A program made the translations under genes and the position numbers. This document shows, piece by piece, positions 1-13,341 of a DNA stretch of 64,000 bases. Source of the stretch: Mobula hypostoma (Eukaryota); the NCBI RefSeq assembly GCF_963921235.1, contig NC_086108.1:41790001-41854000 (forward strand). The letters are read 5' to 3'. The notes below the pieces were generated by a model. It was not told the DNA's origin, did no database searches, and was given only the letters and a program-made list of their open reading frames with translations. Every line of letters begins with the position of its first letter. Position 1 is the first letter of the stretch.

Positions 1-1361
1 TTCAGTGTGTAACTTATGTTTGTAACTGATTTGTAACAGAGAAATGCACTGTATTTAATCTCAACCTGAGATTAGATTTTGCAAGGTAACAAGGCTGCCT
101 CATAATTAATAGACAATCCAAATCAGGTATGAATTACCCAACAAGTACATGTCAATTATTTTATCAAGAAAATCATATTGTCATAATTACCAATAATAAA
201 CGTGCTTCATTGCCTGCACTGAATATGATTTACATCAAGTCTAAATTTTCAACTTCCTATATTATCAGGACAAGGTAGTGGGTGTACCATATGAAGTGTA
301 CAATTATTGCTTTTACCATAATTTCAATCCTATATTCTGTAGAAAATTCTATTGGACATCTTCAAATTATTTAACTAAGCACAAAAGAATTTTGTAATCT
401 TCCAAACGGTGGAACAGAGTTAACCCATCACCAACTTCAAGTGGCTGGAAATGAGGTGAGTAGCTCCATGACTTTAATGGCTGTTCAGATGATAAGATAG
501 CTTAGCTGCAAGTTCATTGCCATCACTGGCACACACAATTGGAATTTCCCTCCAATCCAGTTTAAAGGGTTTTGGAACATATTTAATTGTTGCTAACCTT
601 AAGGTCAGAGGAATGACAGATAGGGTATTTCTTACTGTGTCTCGGACTGAAATAAAAGATCTAATCGCTCTCTTTCAGATGCAGCATTTTAAGGGATGCC
701 TGGAAATTTTGTACTTTTGGAGGAGCCACTTAATTATTCTCAGAATGAACACCTCAGACTCTAATTTTGCTAGGCTTGGTAAATTAATGCTTATTGCAGG
801 TGTTGAAAACTCACTTGCACAGAAATTAAGACTCCAACAGTTTACTTAGATGATGAATGAGTGCATTCTCAATTATACTCTGGGGTGAAAGCATACAGCT
901 GGGGGCAACCTTGTCAGGATGTTTAACTCCACACAGGCAAAACAGGAAACCAAACATTATGATATTGGATTGACAGTCTGGCCTTGTATTTACTAACGTG
1001 GAAAACAACAATGGCCAATGGTTGAATTACATAACATGGCAGCTCAGTCAAAGGAGCAAAGGCACCCAGTCTCAATATTCCCCTTGTGGAAACATAATGA
1101 CACCCACCAGTGCGCTAGGAAGTAGTATTAGTTTTCTTCAGAAAAGTTACGATTTCTCAGGCAATAACAATATAGTTGCATTGTGTTGTCTTAATTAAAC
1201 TATAGCCAGGCCACGTTTACCAGATGACAAGGTGACCTGGCTAATTAAAAAAAAGTAGAACACCTGATTTCCCCCTATTGTCCTGCTGCCACTGCTTGCA
1301 GGCCTAGCTTAAGGCCTATCCATCCACTAGTAACATCGATAGTTACTTTGACTTTTAAGAT

Positions 1362-1700
1362 CAGTGGTCCCCAACCTCTGGGCCGCGGACCGACACCAAT
1401 CCGCGAAGCATGCAGGGATGCAGCGGTAGCCGGGACATCTTTAAGAAAAAAGCTGAAATAAACAAGCTAATTAGTTAGGTGCTGCCCGGCACATAAATGT
1501 CGGCCCAGATCAGAGGCAATTGCCGATTGCGTTGCCTCTGATCTGGGCCGACATTTATGTGCCGGGCGACACCTAAGTAATTAGTTTGTTTATTTTGGCT
1601 TTTTCCTAAAAGATGTTGTGGGTGCATCCCTGCTACTGCTGCACCACTGCATTCTTCGCAGATCAGTATCGGTCCGCGGCCCAGAGGTTGGGGACCACTG
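1362..1700. mobile_element. hAT (Charlie-like) MITE, almost fully palindromic
   Basis: TIRs CAGTGGTCCCCAACCTCTGGGCCGCGGACCGA / TCGGTCCGCGGCCCAGAGGTTGGGGACCACTG; perfect 8-bp TSD TTTAAGAT at 1354-1361 and 1701-1708; the inverted symmetry continues to a centre near 1525. Confidence 0.92.
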
Positions 1701-1756
1701 TTTAAGATGGATTTCAGAGCTTGTGAGAAAACCTATTTCATCAGTTTGAATCATTT

Positions 1757-2265
1757 ATTGCCTCGCTACAGGAAGGATGTGGAAGCCATAGAAAGGGTGC
1801 AGAGGAGATTTACAAGGATGTTGCCTGGATTTGGAAGTATGCCTTATGAGAATAGCTTGAGTGAACTCGACCTTTTCTCCTTGGAGTGACAGGATGAGAG
1901 GTGACCTGAAAGACGTGTATAAGATGATGAGTGGCATTGATCGTGTGGATAGTCAGAGGCTTTTTCCCAGGGCTGAAATGGTTGCCACAAGAGGACACAG
2001 GTTTACGGTGCTGGGGAGTAGGTACAGAGGAGATGTCAGGGGTAAGTTTTTTACTCAGAGAGTGGTGAATGCGTGGAATGGGCTGCCGGCAACAGTGGTG
2101 GAGGCGGATACAATAGGGTCTTTTAAGAGACTTTTGAATAGGTACATGGAGCTTAGAAAAATAGAGGGCTATAGGTAAGCCTAGTAATTTCTAAGGTAGG
2201 GACATGTTCGGCACAACTTTGTGGGCCGAAGGGCCTGTATTGCACTGTAGGTTTTCCATGTTTCT
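1757..2265 (+). mobile_element. CR1 LINE 3' fragment
   Basis: ORF2 C-terminal motifs YRKDVEAIERVQRRFTRM, RMRGDL, TRGH, FFTQRVVNAWNGLP; CR1 3' tail GGGCCGAAGGGCCTG...TTCCATGTTTCTA. Confidence 0.92.
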
Positions 2266-2344
2266 ATTGCCTACACACACAGGGTTACATTTCACAAGAA
2301 TCAACAATCAGTGTCATTTCTGGTGAGGGGCTTCTCTCTTCACA

Positions 2345-2410
2345 GAAGTTGCCTGACTCACTGAGTGTTCCTATTTTTACTTCAGATATCCAGCATCTGC
2401 AATTTTTTTT
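2345..2410 (+). mobile_element. Degenerate Penelope pLTR end
   Basis: GTTGCCTGACTCACTGAGT...TCCAGCATCTGCA resembles the pLTR terminus seen at 43885-43960 and 48970-49030. Confidence 0.5.
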
Positions 2411-4384
2411 TTAATTTTCAATCCAAAGTTAGCACCCATTCATCCATGTTAACAAACAGTTATCAATACTGGTCACAGCTTATATTCAATGATCCGATCT
2501 GCAGCCTGCAGTGTACTGGGCGTTGCAGGAGGAATTCCTTCCATTAGGTGAGTGGGGAGACAGGAGTGACAATATGAACAAAGAATAATGAAAATAACTT
2601 TGTGAGTTGTGGGCATGAGCAGAAGCAAGAGGTGGGGAGAGGTCTGAAGATAGAGTGATAACTTGAATTAGGAGGAATAAGTAGGTTCACCCATTTGAAT
2701 GAAGCAAGGTGTGGGATCTGACAAATGGATTGAACTACAAGAGAAAAGAATTGCCAGCAGAAGGTCAGAATACTGAGAGAAATAAAAAGTGTTGTGGATG
2801 TGGTGCATGGGTCAGAATAGGAGTGTCTCAGTGAACTGGGGTGGGAAAGAGGGAAGAATAATGATTTCATATCTACTCTGACAATGATGCAACAGTCTTT
2901 AAAACCATGTAACAGTCACCTACAGTGTCAAAGACAAGAAGCATCTTGCCCTCTGCAACCTCCTGCAAAATTCAGCAAGCATTTATTTCTATTTTGCCCA
3001 AATTAATAGTTAAGCAAGTAAAATTATTGCAGTCATACCTGTAGGCTAAAGAATAGCAACTCTGCGCTCTACCACACTTTCAGAGTATCTGCATCTGTTG
3101 GGACTAGGTCAGTTAATTTTTTTTTTGTGCCTGATGGCCAGCATTTGCTAGTTTTGCAGACTGGTGCTCAGTCCCAACATAAAAGGGGAAAATAGACCCC
3201 TGCTATTTGAGCTTTGTATTATAAATATTATATTGGCAATGCGTGTAGCTGTGCATTTACATTGGTATTGGATGTTCGGACTTGATTAAAATCCTACTGT
3301 GAGAAATGCACCAAGCTGATTCAGCAGCAGTAAATTAATAAACAAGAGACTTATTGGCATTGCTGTCTGTTCTTGATAGATCATAATAGCCATACTTACT
3401 GAAACCTGCACCATAACCATACAGTCTGTATCTCCTTTACCTTAACTTTGAAGCACAAATAGTAGTCCTCAGTCAGTAAGCAGATCCACATCAGTACAAG
3501 ATCTTAATGTGCTCACTGATTTCCCCAAGTCAAAAGATATTACGCCTGAAAATGTGTTCTCAGATGAATTATCCAGCTAAAAGTCAAAAGTCAGTCATTG
3601 CCAGAAAGACCCTAGGCAAAATAAACATTTTAATAATAGCAATCAAATTGTTATTTTTATGTTTGGCACCTTCAATCATACCTACAAATGTTAGAAAAAA
3701 GTATGAATGAAAGGCAGGGGGGAAGGGAGGGTTGAAGGAAACAGCCTGGCAAAGTATTTTTAGTGCAAGAGCTGATTTGCTAATTCATTTTTACTACTGA
3801 TAGATCTTGTTTGTCAGTCAGCCACAAGCTGCGATCCCCATCACCTCTTATCAGTGTTTTTTGTGTGGAATTGGGAACTTCTGACCTTCCTTTAACAGAG
3901 ATGATCCCTTTTCCTCACAACTACAAGCCACAATGCTGACCTGGATACATAAGAGGCGTTCCCCTCCCATGTTACAGCACAGCTATACCCTTAAGCCATT
4001 CTTCCATCCACTTCCCTCAACTGCTACAGCCTTCTACATTGTTTTGTTTTCAGTCGTGTCCCCATCCCACAGCAGCATATAGTACCTTCTGCAGTGCACT
4101 GGGGTCTAGTTTCATCATGGCCTGGCCATTCCAATGCAACTTCCCTGATGCTGTGATTAGACCACACTGGATTTCATCGCCCAATACTTGTAATGGAACA
4201 AGTATATCAATAGCATAAAATGATACATCTAGTTTGCTGGTCAGACACAAGCCACCATCCTCTCTCCATCACGGTGCTAAGAGGAGGAGGTTGCCAAACA
4301 TGGCTCATTTATTATTAGGAGAACTGTTCTATACTTTGGCCTGACATACAGCTAAAACCCTCACTTTGCCACTGAGCCAACTGC

Positions 4385-5390
4385 GTACAAAATTGACTTG
4401 ATGGACCGAGTCAGTAGGTGGTTGTGAAGGGTTGATTTTCAGATCGAATGCCTGTCACCAGTGGTGTGCCACGTTGATCAGTGCTGGGTGGCTTGATAAG
4501 TAAGCTAGCAGCTGATAGAAAATTGGTGGTGTGCTGGATAGTGGAAAGGGCTGCCTGAGGTTACAACAGTATCTAGATCAACTGGTAAAGTGGGCAAAGA
4601 AAGAGCAGGTGAAATTGAATTCAAGCAAGTCCTAAAGTGATACATTGTGAGAACTAAAGCAGGGCAAGACTTGCACAGTAAATGACAGGATTACGATGAG
4701 TGCTGTAGAACAGAGTAACCTAGGGATACAAGAACACGTTTCCCTGGAAGTGGTGACACAGGCAGACAAGGTGGTGAACAATGCACATGGCATGTTTATC
4801 TTCACAGAATGGGCATGGAGGACAAGAGCTGGGATTTCACAGTACAGTTATACGAACTTATAGCAAGACTGCACCTGGAATATTGTGTGCAGTTCTGGTC
4901 ACCACATCATAAATATATGGTTAAGCTGGAGAGGGTACAGAAAAGAATCATGAGAATTTTGCTTGAGTTATCAAGGAAAAAAAGAGAGCATAGACTGTAT
5001 TCCCGGATAAAAGAAGGCTAAGTGGTGACCTCGGAAAAGATTATAAAATGATGAGTGGCATATGTAAAATTGATGGTCACAGTCTTTTTCCAAGCGTAGA
5101 GGTCCAAAACTACAAGGCAAAGATTTAAGGTGAGATAGAAAAAAATTATAGGGGCATGAGGGGGCAGACTTTTCACATAGAGGGTGAATGGACATATGGA
5201 TCTAGCTGTCTGAAGAAACAGTAGAAGCAGGTACAATTTCAGTACTTGAAAGACATTTGGTTGGGCGATAAATAGGAAATGTTGAGAGGGTTATGAGCTA
5301 CATTCAGACAAGTGGCACCAGCTCAGGAAGGCACATGGGTTGGCATGGATGAGTTAAGCTGAAGGGCATGTGTTTCTGCTGACTTCATGA
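4385..5390 (+). mobile_element. Degenerate CR1 LINE (RT C-terminal half plus 3' UTR)
   Basis: Remnants of VTSGVP, LEYCVQFWSP, LERVQKR; CR1-like 3' tail; many stops and frameshifts. Confidence 0.85.
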
Positions 5391-5399
5391 CACCTGTTG

Positions 5400-5760
5400 A
5401 CAATGGCTCAGTTAATACCTTAGCACTATTCTCTCTGCATCAAAAGATTTCCAAAGGATCAAACACAAACAATCCAGGAGGACACTCCTCTGCAGCATAG
5501 AGGGCTTCCTGCACTATAAAGGGATGCTATCTTTGGGATTTAATTTTCAAAAGAGGCAAATCAAATTTCCTAAATGCACCCCTGACAAAGAGCAAAGAAG
5601 TTTTTCCCTGATCAGCAACTGAAGTCAATTTCCACATTTCTTTGTGGGATAGCTGAAAACATATTAGCATCTACATTCCTGATGTTTCAACAGTGGCTAC
5701 ATAGAGCACGCTATAAACTTTTGAAGTTATGAAAGGTACTGTGTAAACACAAACCTACTT
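5400..5760 (+). mobile_element. Ancient Deu-domain SINE (SacSINE1/AmnSINE1-like)
   Basis: Degenerate matches to recalled Deu-SINE blocks (GACACTCC..TGCAG, GAAGAGCA..GAGTT, TTTGTGGGA, CAACAGTGGCTACA, TGAAAGG...TAAA); recognised from memory only. Confidence 0.55.
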
Positions 5761-8685
5761 TTCTTCTTAAATTCTATGCAGCATATAAGGTATCATGGGA
5801 ACATTTGTTTTCCTTCTGTTCTTATAAAACTGCAACAACCAGAATTCAACACAAGAACCTTTAACACTTGCAATCACAAAGCAAGTAAAAATGAAATTGC
5901 CATTCTTGTTACAGTGATAATTACTCAACGATGACAATTAGCAATTCAGCACACAAATGGCAAAGCATCAATGTTTTTCAATGGCTTATACAATGAAAGA
6001 ATTTAAATGAAAGTCGAGCTGATAGCATAGATTGGCGTGGTCTATGATTTAATAGGATGGATGATTGTGCAAGCTTACAAATGTTTTGAGGTTGATGTCA
6101 AACATTATAGCCAGACTGCCAAATAGAGATATTCAGGCACTAGCCATTGGATTGTCAGCAATGAGTAAATTCTACAGAGAAAATTATTGCCTCAAGGGCT
6201 ACAAAATTCACCAGAGGAAGAAAGCAGAAGAGGAAAATATATTTTACATCATGTAAAATTGCAAAAGTGGAACTGAACAAGTTGGGAAATATAAATAATC
6301 AATATTATTGTAAAATATTATAAATCTAACAGGAAAGGTGATCATATGTCGTTATGTCCCAACCACATCTGCTGCCTCTCCAATGAAAAGTAAAACAAAA
6401 TTCTGCAAATAGGAAATTAAGTGTGGTAGGTAGTGCACTCACATTACCTTCCATGTCTCCAAAATTGTGATGCAGTGCTGTGAACTTCAGAGATGAGTTC
6501 ATTGCATTTTCTCTACTATATAGGACATTTTCTGCTACTCAACAGAGGTGAATTTCTGAGTATATGTATTGTAAAAATAGTATCAGATACCTTTTGCCAT
6601 TTCGATATTCAGATAGAAATATAGAATTCAGAGATTTTGATCTCATCCGCTTTGAATTACTCTGACCTTTTGATCATAAATGGAGTCCACTGAAATGTTA
6701 TAATAACTTCCTCCATTTATAACTCAACACCCAACCAGTTGTGATCTGCAAAAGTACCAAAAGGCAATTCCATAGATCTAATATGGGAGGGGGTTATGCT
6801 TTTAGAAATGCATTGAATATCAAAATTAAATTAAATTAAATTACATTCATTTTTTTCTCTCTGGTAACCACTAATCCTATTAAAGCTGTTAATTTGTACA
6901 ATAGGAATTTTGAAAGCTATGCATATTGAATAAGACAATACATTGGGTTTCCAGTACTTAGAACTGCACCATCAACTGCTACATAAATTGTTTTTATTAC
7001 GGTCAAAATCATTTAAGTGCCTGTTCAATAAAATACTAAACAACAAAATCACAAAAAATGCTCTACAATCATGTTTTATCATTGAATATTATTCGTCAAG
7101 AACAAACCATGAAACAAAGAGGATGAAATTGAGAGTTCATAAATTGTTCATAAATTAATCATTATTAAATAGAGTGATAATGGAATCTTGAAGGACGTTG
7201 TAGCATGTTAAGATTCTTACTTCACTTTCCTGTAATCATCCATTGCAGCATGAACAATGAGTCACAAACTACTATCAAAGAGAATATGTGCAAGTCCAAT
7301 GTAACCCATCTGAATGTATCAATAAGTGAGTCCAGTTTTACCCATCTGAATGTATGCATGAAGCACTTTTATACAGTTTATGTAGTTGTGGTGCTTGGTG
7401 TCTATCTTGTCCTGCAGTTAACTCAACAAAAGACAATGACATTAGCATTGGCCAGAACTTGAAGAAAGTAATAACAACAGGTGAATGCACACACTGAAAT
7501 TAATCAGCAAAAAAGAACTAGACAGCAACTTGTAGTGAGGCAGCAATACCAAAAATTACATAACTTCAAAATCTACACATTGATTTTCTTTACCTTCATG
7601 AACACAGCATTTCACTTCTAACTTCCATATGGTTTCATAAAGTTCCAGCTTTTGCACATTAATTGCCCACTAAGTTTACCAGAGAAAAAAGTCTAGATTG
7701 TAAATTGTAATTGGAAATTTTCAAGTGCCAAATTCGACTTCTCTTTAATGCACTGCTTCTTTGTTTTTGTCTCTTTTCTTCGATTAATCTAATTCTTTTG
7801 CCCTTTTCTGTTGTTCTTCCTACACCTGATTTTACATTGAATTTATCCACTTTAGTTCCACCTTCGTTGACAGTCCTTGCTCTGTGAATTCTTTGATCCA
7901 CTACCTCTTTGCTATTGTTACTAAAATCATAGCTTCAGCTTTGCCATTGTAAGTTCATACTTCCAGTAAACAGGGAGACAAAATATTTTGAAGTAAAAGT
8001 CTACCAGAACAGAAAATGCCTCAACTTACTTCAATGTAACTAAGTCCAGCTTAAGTAAAGTGTACTTATTGGTACATTGCCAGATGAATTCCATCAGATA
8101 GCTATGCATCCATTGTTTTCATTATTCAATCACGTAAGATCTGAAGTCTATAGGACATAGTAGAAGAATTAAGCCATTCAACCCATCAAATTTTCTCCAT
8201 CATTCAATCATGGCTGATTTATTTTCACTCTCAAACACATTCTCCTGCCTTCTCCCCTTAAACTTTGATGTTCTTACCAATCAATAACTTATCAACTTCA
8301 GCTTTAACTTTATCTTGGACTTTAGAAACAGCTGTGGCAATGAATTCCACAGATTTTCCACCCTCAGGCAAAAGAAATTACTACTCCTTCCTATTCTAAA
8401 GGGATGTCCCTCTGGTCTGAAGCTCTGACCTTTGGTCCTAGACTCTCTCATTATTAGAAATATCATCACCATGTCCTGTGTATCTAGGGCTATCAGTATT
8501 AGTTCAATGAGATTCCCCCTTCATTCTTCTATACTCCAATGAGTATAGGCCCAGAGCCATCAAATGCTCTTCATATATTAACCCTTTCATTCCCAAGATC
8601 ATTCACGCTAACTTCCTCTGGACCTGCTCCAATGCCAACACATTTACTCTTAGATATAAGACCCAAAACTGGTCATAATACTCCA

Positions 8686-9475
8686 AACAACAACATACAT
8701 CAAAGTTGCTGGTGAACGCAGCAGGCCAAGCAGCACCTATAGGAAGAGGCGCAGTCGACGTTTCAGGCCGAGACCCTTCGTCAGGACTAACTGAAGGAAG
8801 AGTGAGTAAGGGATTTGAAAGCTGGAGGGGGAGGGGGAGATGCAAAATGATAGGAGAAGACAGGAGGGGGAGGGATAGAGCCGAGAGCTGGACAGGTGAT
8901 AGGCAAAAGGGGATACGAGAGGATCATGGGACAGGAGGTCCGGGAAGAAAGACGGGGCGGGGGTGACCCAGAGGATGGTCAAGAGGTATATCCAGAGGGA
9001 CAGAGGGAGAAAAAGGAGAGTGAGAGAAAGAATGTGTGCATAAAAATGAGTAACAGATGGGGTACGAGGGGGAGGTGGGGCCTTAGCGGAAGTTAGAGAA
9101 GTCGATGTTCATGCCATCAGGTTGGAGGCTACCCAGACGGAATATAAGGTGTTGTTCCTCCAACCTGAGTGTGGCTTCATCTTTACAGTAGAGGAGGCCG
9201 TGGATAGACATGTCAGAATGGGAATGGGATGTGGAATTAAAATGTGTGGCCACTGGGAGATCCTGCTTTCTCTGGCAGACAGAGCGTAGATGTTCAGCAA
9301 AGCGGTCTCCCAGTCTGCGTCGGGTCTCACCAATACATAAAAGGCCACATCGGGAGCACCGGACGCAGTATATCACCCCAGTCGACTCACAGGTGAAGTG
9401 ATGCCTCACCTGGAAGGACTGTTTGGGGCCCTGAATGGTGGTAAGGGAGGAAGTGTAAGGGCATGTGTAGCACTT
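8686..9475 (-). mobile_element. 5'-truncated Penelope-like element (Neptune type): GIY-YIG endonuclease plus pLTR
   Basis: ORF 9083-9409 has GVIYCVRCSRCGLLCIGETRRRLGDRFAEH; 14-bp TSD GTCATAATACTCCA at 8672-8685 and 9476-9489. Confidence 0.93.
8752..8793 (-). ncRNA. Minimal type I hammerhead ribozyme motif in Penelope pLTR
   Basis: Minus strand reads AGTC-CTGACGA-AGGGTCTCGGCCT-GAAA-C-GTC-GACT: CUGANGA and GAAA cores, stem I AGUC/GACU, short stem II, palindromic ACGU stem III, GUC cleavage triplet. Confidence 0.8.
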
Positions 9476-10320
9476 GTCATAATACTCCAGTGAGGTCTGA
9501 CCATTTCCTTATAAACCTTCAGCATTAAGTCCTTGCTTTGATATTCTAGTCCTCTTGAAATGAATGCAAACCTGCATTTGCTTTCCTTATTACCGACTCA
9601 ACTTGCCAATTAACCTTTAGGGAATCCTGCACTAGGACTCAAGTCCTTTTGCACTTCCAATTTCTGAATTTCCTCCACATTTAGAAAATAGTCAATGTCT
9701 TTATTCCTTCTACCAAAGTGCATGATCATACACTTCCCTGAACAGTATTCCATCTGCCACTCCTTTGCCCATTCATTCTCCTAATCTGCCTGTCCTTTTG
9801 CAGCCTCCCTGCTTTCTCAACACTACCTGCCTCTTTCTTTGTATCATCCACAACTTCGCCACAAAGCCATCAATTCCATTATCCAGATTACTAACATATC
9901 TGTGAACACCACTAGTCATTGACAACCAATCAGAAAAAGACCCCTTTCTTCCCGATCTTAGCTTCCTGCCAGTTAGCCAATCTTCTATCCATGTTAGTAA
10001 CTTTCTTGTAATACCATGGGCTCTTACCTTGCTAAGCAAACCCCTTACAGCATCTTGTCAATGGCCTTCTGAAAATCCAAGTATCCAACATCCATTGACT
10101 TTCCTTTATTTATCCTGTTTTTTATATCCTCAAAGAATTCCAACAAATTTGACAGGCTAGATTTCCCCTTAAAGAAACCATGCTGACTTCAGCCTATTGT
10201 ATCGTGTGCCTCCAAGTAGCCCAAACCCTCAACCTTAATAATGGACTCCAACACCTTGCCAACCATTGAAGTCAGGCTAACTGGCCTATAATTTCCTGTC
10301 TTCTGCCTCATTCCCTTCTT

Positions 10321-11128
10321 CTTTTTAAATCTTTTTATTGAGTAAGTATACAAAAAAGGTAAGCCATATAAACATTAATACAATGTTAAAGTATAATAAA
10401 ATTCCAAAAGATAACAATACCAAAAAGAAAATACTACAATGTAATTTAAGCATAAGAAACCAAGATAACATAATAGTATACTAAATTTTATATATATCAA
10501 TGGAAAAAAAGAAAAAAAAACCCCCCAAAAAAAAACCCACCGTGCAACTAACTAAAAGCAAGGCAAAGCAATGGGCTAACTTGAAACCAAACAGAGTTAA
10601 ACTTAAAATCACGTCCTCAATCCCGACCTCCATTAAAACAGTGAAAAAAAAACAAGAAGGGTAAATATTACATTAAATGAAAATATCGAATAAAAGGTCC
10701 CCAAATCTGTTCAAATTTAAATGAAGAATCATAAAGGTTACTTCTAATTTTCTCCAAATTCAAACATAGAATCGTCTGAGAAAACCAAAAAAAGGTAGTT
10801 GGAGCATTAAGCTCTTTCCAATGTTGTAAAATACATCTTTTCGCCATTAAAGTAAGAAATGCAATCATTCTACGGGCTGAAGGGGAAAGATTACTAGAAA
10901 TTTTAGGTAGTCCAAAGATAGCAGTAATAGGGTGAGGAGAGATATCTATATTTAATACCTTAGAAATAATATTGAAAATATCTCTCCAAAAAGTTTCCAA
11001 AGTAGGGCAAGACCAAAACATATGAGTTAAAGAGGCTATCTGCCCCGAACATCTATCACAGAAAGGATTAATATGCGAGTAAAAACGCGCTAACTTATCT
11101 TTGGACATATGTGCTCTATGAACCACTT
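10321..11128 (-). mobile_element. L1-clade LINE 3' fragment
   Basis: ORF2 C-terminal zinc knuckle CDRC...HMFWSC; T-rich 3' UTR, AATAAA and A-rich tail; 13-bp TSD TCATTCCCTTCTT at 10308-10320 and 11129-11141; L1-type TT/AAGA target. Confidence 0.92.
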
Positions 11129-11254
11129 TCATTCCCTTCTTAAAGAGTGGAGTGACATTTTCAATTTTCAAGATCTTCAGAATCATTTCAGAATCTAGTG
11201 ATTCTTGAAAATCTCTTCAGCCATCTTTCTCAGAAACCTGGGGTGTAGTATCTG

Positions 11255-11478
11255 TCACCTTATATGCAGACACTCCTGTGCCTGACATCTCTTTCTGAAT
11301 ATATAATCAATGTATATAAGCTATCTTATGTATTTTTACTTATTGTGTTATTTTTAATTACTGAGTTCTTTATCTTATTGTGTTTTTTTGTGCTGCATTG
11401 GATCCAGAGTAACAATTATTTTGTTCTCCTTTACACTTGTGCACTGGAAATGACGTTAAGCAATCTTGATTCCTGATT
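11255..11478 (+). mobile_element. Rex1/L2-type LINE 3' UTR fragment
   Basis: T-rich tail ending ...GAAATGACGTTAAGCAATCTTGATT, similar in layout to other Rex1-type tails in the window. Confidence 0.5.
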
Positions 11479-12282
11479 TAATTCAGACAACTGCAGTGTC
11501 AACTTTGCTTCAGTTTTAACCAGGGCTGTGATTTTGTAGGCTAGAGAGAGGGGGTGGGGCGCAAGATTGTGCAGCAAGTTCTGACTCTACCTTAGTGCAG
11601 GTCACAGAGTTCTGAGAACAGCTCGACATCTCCTCGTCAGGTGCTCGCGGCAGGCTGGGGGTTGACAACTGCCCTGAAGAACAAAAATTAGTCAGACGGA
11701 ATAGTGACTGTAAATTTACTCAACAATCCCAGATTGGAGCAAAATGTCAACAACATTATCTGCTCAAGTTAAATTCAGAAGTATATTCCATGTTAAGAGA
11801 AAACTCCTAGGGGTCCATTCCCTTGCTGGATCTTCACCTCAATAGCCAATACAATGTGATTCTTGGCAGTGAGAGACAAACATAGCAGGTAACAGAAACA
11901 TCATCACTTTACATAGTTTTCCACTTGGGGAAAGTGATGTAAATAGCCCACAAAGTAAGCAGTCATCTCTAAATTAACTTTAACAGACCGTACATTTTAT
12001 TACCTAATGTTGCACAGTATTTACACAATGCATAAATTATCTCACAGCAGGAGATAAATTTTTTAAAAACTCATAACAAAATGGTTTTCCTTGTACTCAT
12101 TATAGAAATTATAATTCCATGGTTGACAGTCAGACTCATTAACTCATTATGGATGGTTCAAAATACTTTACAGTGTTTTACCAAACACTACGATTATCTT
12201 CAATTTCAACCTCATCGGCACTCACATTTTCACATAAGCCACTTTCCAGTGTGTGGTAATTAGAAGCACATATCCATCTGTT

Positions 12283-12400
12283 GACACGAGATCCAGCAGT
12301 TGCTGGAAATCCAGAGTAACACACAAAATGCTGGAGGAACTCAGCAGGTCAGGCAGCATCTATGGTGAGGAATAAACAGTCGATACTTTGGGCTGAAACC
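12283..12400 (-). mobile_element. Penelope pLTR end fragment
   Basis: CACAAAATGCTGGAGGAACTCAGCAGGTCAGGCAGCATC; similarity stops within a degenerate hammerhead region. Confidence 0.75.
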
Positions 12401-12641
12401 ACGTAGCCCAGGTGTGCCTATTATTCAAACAACATCCTGTCAAAGCATTGACTCAGCCTAAAAGTTCCATGTTTGTTTTAAATCTATTGACTATAAACTA
12501 CTTGATTGATTTGGAACAGTTTTTGCATCTGTAGAACTAGAATCAAAAAATTGCACTTTCTTAACAACTCACTGATTTCCTATACAAAACAAACTTTTCA
12601 GAAAAGTCAATACTATATTGATTGGAAGAACCATAACTTTA

Positions 12642-12830
12642 AAAAGAGAGAATCTGCAGATGCCAGAAATCGAAGTAATACACGTAAAATACTGGAGGAA
12701 CTCAGCAGGCCAGGCAACATCTATGGAAAAGAGGAAACAGTTGACATTTCGGGCCGAGAAACATTGACTGTTCACTCTTTTCCATGGATGCTGCCTGGCC
12801 TGCTGAGTTCTTCCAGCACTTTATATGTAT
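12642..12830. mobile_element. Fold-back mini-Penelope (two inverted pLTR ends)
   Basis: CTGGAGGAACTCAGCAGGCCAGGCAACATCTATGGAAAAGAG is mirrored by CTCTTTTCCATGGATGCTGCCTGGCCTGCTGAGTTCTTCCAG; axis near 12757. Confidence 0.8.
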
Positions 12831-13029
12831 AACTGAGGATGAATTCTTGGAAAAGATTTGGATACAGAAATTTAGATTATTTCAGAAAGTGTGGGAAAGC
12901 GACATTTAATTCTATATACACTACTCAGATATCAAATCCATAATAAACCATTTTAATGTTGGTAACAACACCTTCCCTTGGAATCTTTCCATAAGATCAA
13001 AATTACCAATCGTAAGTAAGGAAAGCCTA

Positions 13030-13340
13030 ATGGTGCACCTATTTGGACAGCTGCCTCACAGACCCTGCCTTAGAGCTGGGTGGATTTGGTGCATTTTCCC
13101 TATTGGCCAATATTGTTTCTTCCAGTATTTCACTTTTTTCCCCACATCCCAAAGGTTGGTGGGTTAATGGCCACTGTAAAGTGCTCCCAGTGTGTTAGTG
13201 AATGGCAAAATCTGCAGGGTAGGGGGAGAGGATGAGATTGTAGGGTGAATAAAAAGCGGTATTACTATGGGACAAGCGTAGGCTATTGACTTGGCAGGTA
13301 GACTTAGTAGGCTGACGTGCTGTTTCTGCATCTCTTTACG
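13030..13340 (+). mobile_element. HE1-like V-domain SINE with CR1-type tail
   Basis: GCTGCCTCACAG head remnant, CCCACATCCCAAAG...GGTTAATGGCCACTGTAAA central domain, CR1-like 3' end. Confidence 0.65.
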
Positions 13341-13341
13341 A

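Larger units (their letters stand above)
8150..11250 (-). mobile_element. CR1 LINE (ORF2 RT region to 3' end) split by a Penelope and an L1 insertion
   Basis: CR1 motifs in three collinear pieces: 8150-8685 (LWNSLP), 9476-10320 (KVRAHGI, WIEDWL) and 11129-11250 (NVTPLFKKG). Confidence 0.88.

Noticed and set aside
517..1198. ORFs of 61-110 aa in unique sequence
   Set aside because: No recognisable domain, non-ATG starts, no convincing splice context; expected by chance
3039..3094. Exon-like segment on the minus strand (CCCAACAG ... CAG|GTATGA)
   Set aside because: All three frames contain stops and there is no other support
7659..7901. Lys/Arg-rich minus-strand ORF
   Set aside because: Explained by a T-rich plus strand; bounded by stops with no good splice sites
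8603..9096. Repeated ORFs such as MLVNAAGQAA... and VSPDEGSRPETST (also near 23.6 kb, 28 kb and 43.8 kb)
   Set aside because: These are translations of the non-coding Penelope pLTR and hammerhead, not proteins
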